From positions 3,584,001 through 3,648,000 of the forward strand of contig CATQHZ020000001.1 of NCBI GenBank assembly GCA_958296135.2: a stretch of DNA of 64,000 bases, given 5' to 3'. A program made the position numbers and the translations under genes. The first letter of the stretch is position 1. Each line of letters begins with the position of its first letter. This DNA is from an uncultured Poribacteria bacterium (GTDB taxonomy: Bacteria; Poribacteria; WGA-4E; WGA-3G). A model generated the notes under the pieces. It saw only the letters and a list, made by a program, of their open reading frames with translations. It had not been told where the DNA came from and made no database searches. Below are positions 49,640-58,829 of the stretch, in pieces.

Positions 49640-50500
49640 TTATCTCACCGCCGACGGCCGGCGCGGCGACATCGGTTGGATAATCTTCCGCTGATCTGGA
49701 GTCAGCCGTGCCAATAACTCAGCCGAATGCGGATAGTCAAACCGCTCGCGGACGTACCTCGGCGAATAGCGGTAGACAATCGAGCGGCGATACCCCGGAT
49801 TAGTGCGTTCCGCCGAACCGTGCGTAATCGCATCCGTGAACATCACCACATCGCCGGCCTTCAGATAGATTTCCTTCGTCGCGACAGCAGTCCCTGCAGG
49901 TTTGCCGCTCACGCCATCGTAAACCAAGCCTTTGCCATCAACTTCCAAGCGCGGGTGAATCTCCGTGCATTTGTGGCTACTCGGCACCAGCACCGGCGCG
50001 CCATCCCCGGGTCCGATGTCGTTGAGTGCCATCAGCACGTTAATCTGCCCAACCATCCACTCGCCGGTGTTCTCCTGCCGGAAAGTGAGGTAACTCAATG
50101 GGACATGTCCGCCGCAGTGGATGTGGATAAAACCCCCTTTACCGCGAACATTCAGGAAATTCTCGTGGATGGAAAGCCCGTTGACTTCGGAATGGATGTA
50201 TTTCCGGACGAGACGAATCCACGCCGGATGATCGATCAGTTTCTGGAAGACATCGCCACCCTCAATGATATTCTGAAAATTCACGCCGTTTTCGACATTG
50301 TAGGTGTGCGTCTCAATATTGCCGAGCCAGCGGGGAATCCGGCTGTTTTCGGCGTTGTCCGTTTCCCACGGGGTTTCCACATATTCCCAGTGTGCATCGA
50401 TCCAGCCGTTGATTGCACCCAGGTCTTCCGCGGAGAGCGCGTTTTCTAAGATGAGATATCCCTGCAGGTCGAAGAGATAGTCTTGTAAATCTTGGCTCAT
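49640..50500 (-). CDS. PhyH-family dioxygenase
   Basis: YLFDLQGYLILENAL, LVPSSHK, AGDVVMFTDAITHGS, RRSIVYRY. Confidence 0.85.
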   Translation of the reverse strand: MSQDLQDYLFDLQGYLILENALSAEDLGAINGWIDAHWEYVETPWETDNAENSRIPRWLGNIETHTYNVENGVNFQNIIEGGDVFQKLIDHPAWIRLVRKYIHSEVNGLSIHENFLNVRGKGGFIHIHCGGHVPLSYLTFRQENTGEWMVGQINVLMALNDIGPGDGAPVLVPSSHKCTEIHPRLEVDGKGLVYDGVSGKPAGTAVATKEIYLKAGDVVMFTDAITHGSAERTNPGYRRSIVYRYSPRYVRERFDYPHSAELLARLTPDQRKIIQPMSPRRPSAVR

Positions 50501-50601
50501 GCTTTTGCTCCTATGATACCAAATCAATATCAATAGTGCTCTTCTGTCCGGCGAGCTCGCCCTATTTGAAAGCGGGCGAGCTCAAACTATGTCCTAAATC
50601 G

Positions 50602-51402
50602 TTAGAGATAGGCATCCAATTCCGCTGGTGTTGGTTTCGGTGTGGAGATGCCGTCTTCGGGAACTTCCACCTGCGCTGTCCATGCGATAGCGTTGAGGAT
50701 GAACTTGCGGAGCCGGTCATCCGCCCAATTGCTGTGCAGGTGTCCGCCGGTAAATCCGAAGCCGCGGCCACCATCGGCGCGCTCCACGCCCCATGCGAGG
50801 TGCTGCGGTTCACCGTTCGCGACAGATTGACGCACGTGCGGGTTACCGCTGTGGGGGCCATCCGGTCTGGCAAGCGTCGATGCCGGCGCGATCGCACTCA
50901 GCAGCGGCATTACGCCCTGCATATTCTCACGGAACCGCATGTGATAATACCACTCATCCTCTAACGTAAACGGCTCTAGCCCGCGCGTTGTCGGGTGTTC
51001 CGGGAACGAGGTGAACGCCGCTGTCCAATACGGATTGACAGAGAGATGCGTCTCAAAGTAACCGCCGATCCAGTCTAGGAAGCGTTCCCCCGGTTCGCCT
51101 TTCGGCACTTCAACGGCATAGTGCAACATCGCGATGCCGATGCCCTTATCCGCCAATTCAGAAATCTGCGCGAGGTGTGGGATGCAGAGGTGCCTCGCGC
51201 CGCCATCTGAATAAACAATGACAGCGGCCGTATCCTCAAAAGCGGCGGCATCGGTTGGCCAGCCTTGATAGACAACGGCTTCGACATCTGCCGCGGTTTT
51301 ATTGAGCAAATCAGCGAGGAGGTTGCATCCGCCGGGGTGCTCATGCGCGCCGCCGCCGTGGCTCGCCTTCCCTGCCACCATAACGATTCGTTTTTTTGAC
51401 AT
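50602..51402 (-). CDS. ThuA-like (class I glutamine amidotransferase-like fold) protein
   Basis: SHGGGAHEH, DEWYY, GGRGFGFTGGH, NAIAW. Confidence 0.8.
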   Translation of the reverse strand: MSKKRIVMVAGKASHGGGAHEHPGGCNLLADLLNKTAADVEAVVYQGWPTDAAAFEDTAAVIVYSDGGARHLCIPHLAQISELADKGIGIAMLHYAVEVPKGEPGERFLDWIGGYFETHLSVNPYWTAAFTSFPEHPTTRGLEPFTLEDEWYYHMRFRENMQGVMPLLSAIAPASTLARPDGPHSGNPHVRQSVANGEPQHLAWGVERADGGRGFGFTGGHLHSNWADDRLRKFILNAIAWTAQVEVPEDGISTPKPTPAELDAYL

Positions 51403-51591
51403 ACTTTCTCCTTTGTTGGGAATATTTGATAGTTTATCACATCTCTCGGTTTTTTGCCATGAATTTTTATTCATTGACAATCCGACGCAAAACCGCTAAA
51501 ATAGTTTCTAAATTCCTAGACAGACGCACGGCGAGGCACAGGGACAGGCACAGGCCCTCGCCCTACGGTGAAAATAGCAAGGAGCACCACA

Positions 51592-52440
51592 ATGGAAAAA
51601 CTCGCAATCGTTGATACACATGTCCACCTCTGGCACCCGGCACACCTCAGATACCCATGGCTGGAGGACGTGCCACTGCTCAACAAACCTTATCTGCTAG
51701 AAGATTACACCGCCGCGCACGGAGAACTGCCGGTTGAGGCAATGGTTTTCGTGCAGTGCGATACGCATCCCGATGACGGATTGAAGGAGACAGCGTGGGT
51801 AACCTCTCTCGCCGAGGCAGACCCGCGTATTCAAGGCATCGTGGCTTGGGCACCGCTAGAGGAAGGCGAACGCGTAGCCCCGTTTGTCGAGAAACTAGCC
51901 GAGAACTCACTCGTCAAAGGCATTCGCCGCCTCATCCAATCCGAAAGCGTTGACTTCTGCATCCAACCCGACTTCGTGCGCGGTGTCAAAACCCTCGCCG
52001 ACTACGGGTTGAACTTCGACCTCTGTATCTTCCATCCGCAATTCGCCAATACGATTCGGCTGGTAGCGCAGTGCCCGGAAATCCAATTTATCTTGGATCA
52101 CATCGGCAAACCCGATATCAAGAATCAACTGTTTGAACCGTGGAAGCAGGAAATAAAGACGCTGTCGGAATTCCCGAACGTCCATTGCAAAGTCTCAGGG
52201 TTGGTGACAGAGGCACATCACGGGGCGTGGACACCCGCGCATTTGCAGCCCTATATTGAGCACGTTATCGCCTGCTTCGGTTTTGAAAGGGTGATATATG
52301 GCAGCGATTGGCCCGTCTCAACGCAAGCCTCGACGTATCCGCGCTGGGTGCAGACGTTGCAGGATGCGGTTTCGGGGTGCTCAGCACAGGAAATGAGAAA
52401 CCTGTTTCGTGAGAATGCGGTGAAGTTTTATCGGTTGTAA
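51592..52440 (+). CDS. Amidohydrolase_2 family lactonase-like protein
   Basis: VDTHVHLW, LDHIGKP, KVSGL, YGSDWPV. Confidence 0.88.
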   Translation: MEKLAIVDTHVHLWHPAHLRYPWLEDVPLLNKPYLLEDYTAAHGELPVEAMVFVQCDTHPDDGLKETAWVTSLAEADPRIQGIVAWAPLEEGERVAPFVEKLAENSLVKGIRRLIQSESVDFCIQPDFVRGVKTLADYGLNFDLCIFHPQFANTIRLVAQCPEIQFILDHIGKPDIKNQLFEPWKQEIKTLSEFPNVHCKVSGLVTEAHHGAWTPAHLQPYIEHVIACFGFERVIYGSDWPVSTQASTYPRWVQTLQDAVSGCSAQEMRNLFRENAVKFYRL

Positions 52441-52625
52441 TACCAAATTCACCTGAGTCGTTCAGGCTCGCAACCCGCCGATGCTAGTGACATCGGGAGC
52501 CCGAACGTGGCAAGACCGGGCGGGCTCTTGCCACGGTGCCCGCGGGGGACAGGCCCCCGCACTACGTGCCAAAGAGGTTACGGTAGGACCCGGGCGAGCC
52601 CTACCTACAAGGAAATAGAGCCGGT

Positions 52626-54860
52626 TTACCCTTTCGCCTTTACCTCGCGGCGGCGGGGATGCAGCACGAACTCTGTATAGCCGTTCGGCACTTCGCACCC
52701 TTTGAAAACCAGATCCAAGGCTGCCTGAAACGCAATGCTCTCGGCATAATTCGGCGACATATTCCGATATGCCGAGTCTCCCGCGTTCTGCGAATCGACG
52801 ACTGCCGCCATTCGTGCAAACGTCTCTGTAACCTGAGACTCGGTGACGATGCCGTGGCGCAGCCAATTCGCAATATGCTGACTCGATATCCGCAGCGTCG
52901 CCCGGTCTTCCATCAAACCGACGTTGTGGATATCCGGGATTTTTGAACAGCCTATACCCTGGTCTACCCATCGCACGACGTAGCCGAGAATGCCCTGCAC
53001 ATTGTTATCCAACTCGGACTGGATATCCCCGGCTGGCACCTCGCGTTCGCCCAAGAGGGGCGGTGTCAGCAAGTCAGCCAGACTCGCGCGGCCTCGCGCG
53101 GACAGTTCCTCTAACCGCTTCGCAACGTTGACTCGGTGGTAGTGCATCGCGTGGAGCGTCGCCGCTGTGGGAGAAGGCACCCATGCTGTCGTCGCACCCG
53201 CCTGCGGATGATTCACCTTCGTCTCAAGCATCTCCGCCATTTCATCGGGTTTCGTCCACATCCCCTTCCCTATCTGGGCGGTGCCGGGCAATCCCGTCTC
53301 AATGCCAATATCGACGTTCCAATCTTCATAAGCACGCATCCACGGTTCGTTGCGGATGTCCATCTTAGGAATCACCGCGCCCGCTTCCATGCTGGTATGG
53401 ATTTCATCGCCGGTCCTATCCAAGAACCCGGTGTTGATAAAGACGATGCGCGCCTTCGCCTGTCTGATGCATTCCTTGAGGTTGACGGTGGTGCGCCGCT
53501 CCTCGTCCATAATCCCGATCTTTATGGTATTTCGCGCGAGCCCGAGCGCGCCCTCTATCCGCTCAAACAGTCGCACCGTGAACGCGACTTCTTCAGGACC
53601 GTGGAACTTCGGCTTGACGATGTAAACGCTGCCTGTACGGCTATTCGTGAAATCGCCGTTTCCCTGAAGATCATGCATGGCGGCAAACGTCGTCACCATC
53701 GCATCTAAAAACCCCTCCGGGATTTCCTCGCCATCTGCAGTCGTGACAGCATCCGTATAAATATGGAGTCCTACGTTCCGAATCAGGAGGAGACTGCGCC
53801 CGGGCAACGTCAACGTGCTTCCATCCGGCGCGGTGAACGTCTTATCCGGTGCCAAGCGGCGCGTGAGCGGCTTGCCGTTTTTCTCAAATGTCGTCTCCAG
53901 CGTGCCTCGCATGATGCCGTTCCAGTTACGATAGACTTGGACTTTATCGGCGGCATCCACAGCGGCGACAGAGTCCTCACAGTCCTGAATTGTCGTTATC
54001 GCCGATTCCAGAATCACATCAACTACGCCAGCGGGGTGCGCCTTCCCAACGGGATGCCCCCGGTCCAGCCGCACCTCAATGTGCAACCCGTTGTTTTGGA
54101 ATAGAATCGCGGTGAGTGCCTCTCCAACTTGCACGAAACCGACGAATTTATCGACACCCGCTAAGCCTACCTCGCTGCCATCGTTAAGGCGCGCGCGCAA
54201 CTGTTGTCTCATCGCCTTACTGCCCGATGAGCGCGGGCCTGTCCCTCGCCCATCGGGAACCGGTTCAACGGTTTTGAGCGAAAACTGCGTAACGTCAGAG
54301 AAACTTCCCGATTCAAGCCCGATTGCTTCGTCTAAAAACTTCTCCGTTTCAGCAATGACGCTGACCCCTCGGATGGGGTTATAGTCGGTGCCGCGAGTCG
54401 CGCCATTTTCCTCGCTGATAACATCGGTACCGTAGAGCGCGTCATAGAGACTGCCCCATCGGGCGTTCGCGGCGTTGAGCGCGTAGCGGGCATTATCTGT
54501 CGGCACGACGAGTTGCGGCCCTGATATTGTGGCGATTTCCGCGTCAACGTTCTCTGTCGTCACACGGAAATCCTCGCCTTCCGGGATTAGATACCCGATT
54601 TCGGCAAGGAATACTGAATACGCCTCGCTGTCCATCGGTTCACCCTTCCGCGCGAGGTGCCACGCATCAATCTGCCGCTGAATTGCATCGCGTTTATCCA
54701 AGAGGGCGCGGTTTTCGGGTGCCATCGCCGTGACGATGTCACTGAACGCTTCCCAGAACGCATCCGCTTCGATACCGGTGCCCAGCGCAATCTCGTCTCT
54801 CACCAATGCATATAAACCTTCATCGACTTTGAGATTCCCGATTTCAACTCGGTTTCCCAT
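52626..54860 (-). CDS. glcB: Malate synthase G
   Basis: [50 protein letters not shown]. Confidence 0.97.
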   Translation of the reverse strand: MGNRVEIGNLKVDEGLYALVRDEIALGTGIEADAFWEAFSDIVTAMAPENRALLDKRDAIQRQIDAWHLARKGEPMDSEAYSVFLAEIGYLIPEGEDFRVTTENVDAEIATISGPQLVVPTDNARYALNAANARWGSLYDALYGTDVISEENGATRGTDYNPIRGVSVIAETEKFLDEAIGLESGSFSDVTQFSLKTVEPVPDGRGTGPRSSGSKAMRQQLRARLNDGSEVGLAGVDKFVGFVQVGEALTAILFQNNGLHIEVRLDRGHPVGKAHPAGVVDVILESAITTIQDCEDSVAAVDAADKVQVYRNWNGIMRGTLETTFEKNGKPLTRRLAPDKTFTAPDGSTLTLPGRSLLLIRNVGLHIYTDAVTTADGEEIPEGFLDAMVTTFAAMHDLQGNGDFTNSRTGSVYIVKPKFHGPEEVAFTVRLFERIEGALGLARNTIKIGIMDEERRTTVNLKECIRQAKARIVFINTGFLDRTGDEIHTSMEAGAVIPKMDIRNEPWMRAYEDWNVDIGIETGLPGTAQIGKGMWTKPDEMAEMLETKVNHPQAGATTAWVPSPTAATLHAMHYHRVNVAKRLEELSARGRASLADLLTPPLLGEREVPAGDIQSELDNNVQGILGYVVRWVDQGIGCSKIPDIHNVGLMEDRATLRISSQHIANWLRHGIVTESQVTETFARMAAVVDSQNAGDSAYRNMSPNYAESIAFQAALDLVFKGCEVPNGYTEFVLHPRRREVKAKG

Positions 54861-55167
54861 GCTAACTCTCCATGTTCGTTCGGAATTTGCGTCAATTATA
54901 GTCAGAAATCCTTAGTGTGTCAACTGTTTTTTACAGCAGCATTTCACACCGTAGGGCGAGGGCCGTTATCCCCAATCGCCGAGGGTTTCCCTCGCTGTGC
55001 AACGAGCTCACCCAAAACCGTTCTCGCCCAAGGACAGGCCCCCGCGCTCCGAGCCAAGGGACGTTTGTTGGAACAATCAAAACTACAGACAAATTCTTGC
55101 GAATATCTCGCGCGCGTGCTATAATCAAAATAACTAAATTCACAAGTAAAAGGATTCATAACGCGAC

Positions 55168-56247
55168 ATGAAAATCGGAATTATTGGCTGTGGAACGATT
55201 AGCAGTGCCTACTTTGGGGGCGCGCAGAAAACGGATATTTTAGAAATCAAGGCATGCGCAGATCTTCGCAGGGAAGCCGCCCAAGCGCAGGCAGAAAGAT
55301 ACGGATGCCAAGCACTCACCGTCGACGAACTCCTCGCCGATTCGGAGATTGAACTCGTCGTCAATCTGACTATTCCGCGAGCGCACGTGGAAGTCGGACT
55401 GCAGGTACTGGAAGCCGGCAAACATGTCTATTCCGAAAAACCGCTCGGCGTGGACGTTGAAAGTGGAAAGCAACTCATTGCACTTGCAGCGGAGAAGGGA
55501 TGCCGCGTCGGTGCTGCCCCCGATACGTTTCTCGGCGCGGGCATCCAGACTTCTCGGCAGGCACTGGACGCAGGGGCAATCGGCAGCCCTATCGCAGGCA
55601 CCGCATTTATGTGCGGGCACGGACACGAAAGCTGGCACCCGAACCCTGCCTTCTATTACGACATTGGCGGCGGACCGATGTTAGACATGGGCCCTTACTA
55701 CGTCACCGCTTTGGTGAACCTCCTCGGGCCCGTTAAGCGTGTCGCGGCAATTACGGCGAAGACGTTTGAGGAACGCATCGCGACAAGTGAAGCGGTAAAA
55801 GGGTTACGCATCCCTGTCAAAACGACGACGCACCTCACCGGCACGATGGAATTTCACAACGGCGCAATTATCACGATGATCATGAGTTTTGATATGTGGC
55901 GGCACAGTTTGCCGTGCATCGAAATCTACGGTGAAACGGGCTCGATGCAAGTCCCCGATCCAAACGGATTCGGCGGAACGGTGAACGTTGCATCGGCGCG
56001 CGAAGGATGGGAGTCGGTGCCGCTCGCCTTTCCCAACAATGCGCGCATGATAGGCGTAATTGATATGGTAGCCGCAATTCAGGCGGGCCGCGTGCATCGC
56101 GCAAACGGAGATTTAGCATATCACGTGCTAGAGGTGATGCTCGCTTTTGACAAGTCCTCTGAAACTAGCGCGCATGTTAATATAGAGAGCACCACGGAGC
56201 GTCCTGCACCGCTGCCAACCGGTCTGCAGGAGTGGACGGTCGCATAA
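55168..56247 (+). CDS. Gfo/Idh/MocA oxidoreductase
   Basis: GIIGCGTIS, GKHVYSEKP, APDTFLG, GGGPMLDMGPYY. Confidence 0.92.
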   Translation: MKIGIIGCGTISSAYFGGAQKTDILEIKACADLRREAAQAQAERYGCQALTVDELLADSEIELVVNLTIPRAHVEVGLQVLEAGKHVYSEKPLGVDVESGKQLIALAAEKGCRVGAAPDTFLGAGIQTSRQALDAGAIGSPIAGTAFMCGHGHESWHPNPAFYYDIGGGPMLDMGPYYVTALVNLLGPVKRVAAITAKTFEERIATSEAVKGLRIPVKTTTHLTGTMEFHNGAIITMIMSFDMWRHSLPCIEIYGETGSMQVPDPNGFGGTVNVASAREGWESVPLAFPNNARMIGVIDMVAAIQAGRVHRANGDLAYHVLEVMLAFDKSSETSAHVNIESTTERPAPLPTGLQEWTVA

Positions 56248-56274
56248 TCGCCCATCCCACCACTGCCACCGCCA

Positions 56275-56463
56275 CCGTAGGGCGAGGGAAAACCTGTCTC
56301 TCGCGAGCGTTCTGGGGGAGATCGGCACATGGCGGGACAGGCCCCCGCCCTACGGTGAATAGATGAACGAGCGCGAGGGAAAACCTGTCTCTCGCGAGCG
56401 TTCTGGGGGAGATCGGCACATGGCGGGGGACAGGCCCCCGCCCTACGGTGAATAGATGAACGA
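56275..56463. repeat. Tandem composite REP (BIME/REPIN-like) unit, two copies of about 90 bp
   Basis: GCGAGGGAAAACCTGTCTCTCGCG...GGACAGGCCCCCGCCCTACGGTGAATAGATGAACGA occurs twice between convergent genes. Confidence 0.85.
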
Positions 56464-56500
56464 TAGGGATAAGGTTTTGAACGCCCGCGGCCCCCCTTCC

Positions 56501-58411
56501 TCATAAATTAATCGTAATATACGTCTCCAACCCAAACACGATCGCCACCGTCCCCCAAAACGTCGTCACCACAAACTCACCGAGCACCAGCCCGAGGAAA
56601 AACGGTGCCGCCCTCCTGAAACCCCCGATGCCGCCGTGTTTTGTAATCACCCACTTCAGCACGAAACTGACAAGAAGCGAGAACCAGAAGAAGTTCATCG
56701 TGAAAGTGCTGGTGACAGCATAACCGGCGGCGTGAAACGGAAACCACATCCACCGTCCGCGCAGGAACGCTAAAAGCACGGCGACAAGCGTTCCGACGCT
56801 GACCGCGCCGATAACCGCGGTGTCTGCTCCTGCCGGCTGCGTCAGCCTTCTGCCGAGCCGCTCAAACGTCTCTCTGCCTGCCCACGCCGTGTAAACGCCA
56901 TCTTGGTAAGAGACGTGCAGATACGCCCAAATCGCCGCAACGATGCCGACACCGATGGCGACAATTATCGCGATGGCGAATTTTCGCCCAGAATTCTGGC
57001 TGTCAATGCGGGCGCGCTCCGCAATTTTCAATCCTTCCAAGTGATGCGGCATCAATAGGCAGTCGTAGGCGCGGTTGAAAAAGTAGAGATAGGCAAGCCC
57101 TGTCATGTTGCTCGCGCCGAGTCGCTTCGCGCCGAACATAGAATACATCATCCGGTCGGGACCGGCATAGTGCTGGTCATGGACAGGAGAGCCGAGTTCA
57201 GCGCGCATCCGTGTAATCCCCGTAGCCAATGCGAAAAATAGCGCGAAGAACGTCGCGATTACCCACAACGACATCCCCATCTTATAGCAAAATCCCACCA
57301 GAAAAGCGAGGCTGAGCAGCAGCCATACCACCGCTGCGCGATAAGAAATCGGTTCTCGCGAATCTGTTGTCGCCGCACGCCTGCTAAAAATTGTTCGCAC
57401 TACCTGCATCAGATACCGGCGCGCACTCCAGACAGCGACGAGCCCAATGCCGATATACGCACCGAAAGACTGCTCGGCTGCGTAAGGGAATTGCGGCGCG
57501 AACCCGAGCGCGCTGCCTAGCACGCGCAGCAGTTGCCAATAGAGATAAAAAAACCAGCACGAGAACGACAACTCTAGCGGCATGAAAAACGCCAATCCAA
57601 CGGCGAACGGATAAATGCCGACAGGCAGCCAGTTAATCGCGTTCCACGGACGCGTGGTAAAGAAATCGGCGATGTCATACGCGCGGATACCGCTGAGACG
57701 CGGCACTTGCGGAAAGAGGTAGTTGAGCCCGTTGAGCAGATCGATGCCCGCGGCGATGCCGAACCCAATCCACATCGCGCGGCTGCGGAAAAAGCCGCTC
57801 CTCGGATTCGCCATAGCCAGCGGCAACTGAATCAGCGGATAACTCAACTTCTCGTTCTCTGTCCACTGCTTACGGAAAATGAAATTGATGGAGAGCATCA
57901 CCGAGAACAGCGCGACGAGGAAGAGCCCCCACCACACCAGCGGCGTTATCCACGCTTCAAAGTACCGGTAAAACGTCGAACCACCGCCGAAGAACTCCGT
58001 GAGCGCGCGTTTATCGGTGACTGATGTCCATGACGGAATGTAGTGCCAAAAAAGCGATTGCCAATCGTTTTCCGGTGTCGCGAAGGCGGAAACGTATCCG
58101 ATGATAGGGATAAGAATCTGCACGCACATGTGCCCGCCGATAGCAGTGGAGAGGCAGAGCATGACGTAAATCGTCAGCAATTCGGCAGGCGAGAGCGCGA
58201 GGCGCGGGGCAACTTTTTGGGAGAGGCGATTGACAGCGGTTAAGACGAACAGCAGCGTAACCGTGTTGTAAAGCAGCGAGATCATCGACATGTGCGCGAT
58301 GTCCCAGCGGAGGCCCATCATCTGCCAGATTGCGTTAAGTGGGATAAGGAGAAGCCCGATGCCTACCGCCTTCAAACTGAGCGGAGGAAACCGGTCTGTC
58401 GCGTTTCGCAT
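56501..58411 (-). CDS. Polytopic membrane protein, DUF6785/DUF6784-like
   Basis: RKQWTENEKLSYPL, WFPFHAAGY, PFFLGLVLGEF; paralog of 7749-9749. Confidence 0.75.
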   Translation of the reverse strand: MRNATDRFPPLSLKAVGIGLLLIPLNAIWQMMGLRWDIAHMSMISLLYNTVTLLFVLTAVNRLSQKVAPRLALSPAELLTIYVMLCLSTAIGGHMCVQILIPIIGYVSAFATPENDWQSLFWHYIPSWTSVTDKRALTEFFGGGSTFYRYFEAWITPLVWWGLFLVALFSVMLSINFIFRKQWTENEKLSYPLIQLPLAMANPRSGFFRSRAMWIGFGIAAGIDLLNGLNYLFPQVPRLSGIRAYDIADFFTTRPWNAINWLPVGIYPFAVGLAFFMPLELSFSCWFFYLYWQLLRVLGSALGFAPQFPYAAEQSFGAYIGIGLVAVWSARRYLMQVVRTIFSRRAATTDSREPISYRAAVVWLLLSLAFLVGFCYKMGMSLWVIATFFALFFALATGITRMRAELGSPVHDQHYAGPDRMMYSMFGAKRLGASNMTGLAYLYFFNRAYDCLLMPHHLEGLKIAERARIDSQNSGRKFAIAIIVAIGVGIVAAIWAYLHVSYQDGVYTAWAGRETFERLGRRLTQPAGADTAVIGAVSVGTLVAVLLAFLRGRWMWFPFHAAGYAVTSTFTMNFFWFSLLVSFVLKWVITKHGGIGGFRRAAPFFLGLVLGEFVVTTFWGTVAIVFGLETYITINL

Positions 58412-58427
58412 TATAGTCCTGCCAACA

Positions 58428-58650
58428 AAAACCCTCTCTTTTCACCGCAGCGCGGGAGCCGCGACGATGTCGTTGTTTGAGTGGTCCGCTGCCACCGGCA
58501 CGGAAACCCTCTCTTTTCACCGGAGCGCGGGAGCCTGTCTCCCGCAATCTCTCGGCCAATGTCGTTGTTTGAGTGGTCCGCTGCCACCGGCACGGAAACT
58601 CTCTCTTTTCACCGTAGCGCGGGAGCCTGTCTCCCGCGATCTCTCGACCG
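58428..58650. repeat. Tandem REP-containing repeat, about 2.5 units
   Basis: CTCTCTTTTCACCG(T/G/C)AGCGCGGGAGCC three times and ATGTCGTTGTTTGAGTGGTCCGCTGCCACCGGCACGGAAAC twice. Confidence 0.85.
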
Positions 58651-58829
58651 TAACGAAAAAGGGAGCTGTGGATATAGACTGCATTATACACGAAATGCGA
58701 ATTGGGGTCAAGTTTTTAGGGTGTGATTTTGTTCATTTGAGGGAGGTGGCACTGACATCTTGGGCTCAAGCGGCTTTTCATTTTAGGTTAATGACATCAT
58801 GATAGTATTCTGACGAAAAATGAACTTTT

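Noticed and set aside
58428-58650. Second mini-CRISPR next to the main array
   Set aside because: The units are full tandem duplicates containing REP palindromes and have no unique spacers
58751-58787. Partial repeat match as a possible tracrRNA anti-repeat
   Set aside because: Same orientation as the repeats and one spacer length away, so it is a degenerate terminal repeat
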